The position numbers and the translations under genes were made by a program. Shown here piece by piece: positions 61,854-64,000 of a stretch of DNA of 64,000 nt. The stretch is from positions 1 through 64,000 of the forward strand of contig JALHMH010000009.1 of the NCBI GenBank assembly GCA_022844165.1, given 5' to 3'. This DNA comes from Lysobacterales bacterium (GTDB lineage Bacteria > Pseudomonadota > Gammaproteobacteria > Xanthomonadales > SZUA-5). The notes beneath the pieces are model-generated. The model worked only from the letters and a program-made list of their open reading frames with translations, had not been told where the DNA came from and did no database searches. Numbering within the stretch: the stretch's first letter is position 1; each line of letters begins with the position of its first letter.

Positions 61854-62276
61854 ATGCCCAAAGCTGATTTTTATCTGATCGGCAAACCGCGCTTCAGCAG
61901 CGATCCGTCGTTGCTGGTCTGCGAATTGGCGAAGCGGGCCTACGCTGCTGATCTGCCGACCTTGATTCTGGTGCGGTCGGTTGAGGACGCGGAACTGCTC
62001 GACGACAAACTCTGGGCATTCGAGGACGACGCCTTCGTGCCGCACCAGATTGCCGGCCAGGATGAGGACGATGTGACGCCGATCTTGATCGTGCCGCCCG
62101 GCGCGGTGGTCGCGTCGCGTTCGCTGATCATCAATCTGCGCGACGAATGTGCCAGCGGCGAATTCGATACCGTCAAGGAAGTCGTTCCCGCCGACCCGCG
62201 CGAGCGCGACGGCTCGCGGGAACGTTGGGCCGAATATCGACGCCGCGGATTTGACGTGCGCAAGTTCGACATGTGA
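61854..62276 (+). CDS. holC: DNA polymerase III chi subunit
   Basis: MPKADFYLI, LDDKLWAF..AFVPH and SRERWAEYR motifs. Confidence 0.93.
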   Translation: MPKADFYLIGKPRFSSDPSLLVCELAKRAYAADLPTLILVRSVEDAELLDDKLWAFEDDAFVPHQIAGQDEDDVTPILIVPPGAVVASRSLIINLRDECASGEFDTVKEVVPADPRERDGSRERWAEYRRRGFDVRKFDM

Positions 62277-62283
62277 CCGGCCG

Positions 62284-63405
62284 TCAAGCGCTCTTCTTCG
62301 CATAGGGCGAATGTGTATCGAGTTCGGCACGATACTGCCGGAGCGATTCGGCCTCGCGATCCAGCGCGTGCCGAATCGCAGTCCGAAAACCCGAGTGACG
62401 TACGTAGTGCGCCGAGCGTGTGCGCGTCGGCAGAAAGCCTCGCGCAATCTTGTGCTCACCTTGCGCGCCAGGTTCAAATCTCGTCAAGCGGTTGGCGATC
62501 AGATGTTCGATGCCCTGGTAATAACAAAGCTCGAAATGCAGGCCGGCATAGTCAGCGTCGCTGCCCCAATAACGACCATACAGTGCATTCGCGCCGCGGA
62601 TGAACACGGCCACCGCATGCAGCCGCCGCTGGCGCCATGCACCCGCGACATGCAGCGACCCGGGCAATCGTTCTCTGAGCAAGGAAAAGAAAGATCGGGT
62701 CAGCGCCGGCGTGTTGCCTTTGCGCTCGAAGGTGTCGCTGTACAGCGCGTGCATCGCATCGAGGTCAGCTTCGTCGAGTTCGATGTCTGATTTCCAGACG
62801 ATCTCGAAGCCATGCCGCTGCGCTTGCCCGCGCTCCTGGCGAATGTTCTTGCGTTTCTTGCCGTTGAGCCCATCCAGAAAATCTTGGAAATCCCGATAAC
62901 CGGGGTTATGCAGATGGAATTGCCAGTCGAATCGCGGCAGCCACGGATCGTGAGCGAGCGTGGCTGCATCTTCGAGCGTCAAAAAATTCAGGTGCGCGCT
63001 GGAGAGCTTACTACGGTCGACAAGCTGCCGAATCGCAACCGCCAATTCGCCACGCCTGGGCCCAAACAAACGCGGCCCCGTGACCGGCGAATACGGCACG
63101 GCAACGAGCAGCTTCGGATAGTAGTCAAGCCCATGACGGGCATACGCATCCGCCCACGCCCAATCGAACACGAACTCACCGTGCGAGTTGGTCTTCAGGT
63201 AGCCCGGTGCAGCCGCTACGACCGCCTTGCCTTCGCGCCATAACAACGGCATCGGCGACCACCCCAACTCGCGGCGCAAACTGCCGCTGTCTTCAAGCGC
63301 CGACAAAAAACCATGCCGCACAAACGGCTGATCGCTGCCAGCCAGCGCATCCCAGGTTTGCGCGTCGACATCGCTGATTGTGGAATGAACCAGAAGCTCG
63401 GACAT
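62284..63405 (-). CDS. FemAB-like GNAT family protein (DUF482)
   Basis: SHGEFVFDWAWA, YYPKL, LYGRYWG, HFELCYYQGI and GAQGEHKIARGF motifs. Confidence 0.9.
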   Translation of the reverse strand: MSELLVHSTISDVDAQTWDALAGSDQPFVRHGFLSALEDSGSLRRELGWSPMPLLWREGKAVVAAAPGYLKTNSHGEFVFDWAWADAYARHGLDYYPKLLVAVPYSPVTGPRLFGPRRGELAVAIRQLVDRSKLSSAHLNFLTLEDAATLAHDPWLPRFDWQFHLHNPGYRDFQDFLDGLNGKKRKNIRQERGQAQRHGFEIVWKSDIELDEADLDAMHALYSDTFERKGNTPALTRSFFSLLRERLPGSLHVAGAWRQRRLHAVAVFIRGANALYGRYWGSDADYAGLHFELCYYQGIEHLIANRLTRFEPGAQGEHKIARGFLPTRTRSAHYVRHSGFRTAIRHALDREAESLRQYRAELDTHSPYAKKSA

Positions 63406-63872
63406 GCTTGAGTTAGCGATCTTGGGGGAACGGTGTCGGGCCTGCGATGGCGCTGATCGGCTTTGGTACAGCCCGATTCCCATCCCAACAAGCTAGTCTC
63501 GCTCAGAAACCGGGTTGAAAGGTCATCAATGCCTGCGCACGTTGGACGAAATCCTGGGGCCGGTGCCGACGACGAAACGCGGGCGCAAGCGCAAGGCGTA
63601 GGCGCGGCGCTGTTGAAGCTGCTTCGGCTGCACCTGAGTTGATTCTGATCGCGCCAAAGACGCTGCTAAAAAACGATGGACCGAAGCGTTTCGCTCGCGT
63701 GAACGCGGCGGCAGACAACGACGTTCTCTCGGGCCCTGTTGATCACCGTCAACACTGGGATGGCCGATTCGCGTCAACCTCTACCCAGGCTCATAGCCGT
63801 TTGCGCGACTCGCGAATCTGCGAACGCGATCAGCGCTGTGATGTGTGCCTGCTCACTATCCGGAGATTCACC

Positions 63873-64000
63873 ATGATCAAAGCCCTCGCTTTCACGCTCA
63901 GCGTGTTGCTCGCGCAAAGCGCAAGTTGCCAGGATGCACAATTCGAGCAGGCGCAGGCGCAACTGGACAGTGCGCGGCGATTGTTGGTTGCGTTGCAAAC
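63873..64000 (+). CDS. 5' end of an exported protein (partial, runs off window)
   Basis: GGAG RBS, MIKALAFTLSVLLAQSASCQDAQ signal-like start, open to the window end. Confidence 0.6.
   Translation, partial: MIKALAFTLSVLLAQSASCQDAQFEQAQAQLDSARRLLVALQ

Noticed and set aside
63503-63800. Short minus-strand ORFs near the window end
   Set aside because: No RBS or family motif. The plus-strand start at 63873 is better supported.

Overview
High-GC chromosomal segment whose gene content and order point to Gammaproteobacteria, most likely Xanthomonadales/Rhodanobacteraceae (inferred, not searched). The left ~10.5 kb is an accessory zone. It holds the right end of an IS30-family element disrupting an AT-richer gene that sits behind an attC-like site, a 21/64-bp repeat array, a Ser/Thr kinase, and four type II TA loci (two intact, two broken). 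The core genes are phasin/TetR/acyl-CoA-binding protein, rlmKL, tRNA-Arg(CCG), purA, msrC, dbpA, recG, ridA, lepA-lepB-rnc-era-recO, dps, an attenuator-controlled leuA-leuC-leuD without leuB, murU, a SWIM-SNF2 helicase and holC. Interspersed are three membrane Ser/Thr kinase-TPR genes, one TIGR02999/ECF43-type sigma factor and many lineage-type secreted proteins. The most notable pattern is that four unrelated signal-peptide proteins end in the same short C-terminal motif (hydrophobic-x-x-G-F-E/D), and two others end in a shared uncharacterised W-x-x-P...G-x-G...Y-x-x-x-G-x-P-R-W domain. These suggest lineage-specific surface-sorting signals, with the cargo genes often next to the kinase/ECF modules. 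All family assignments come from motif recognition, not database searches.
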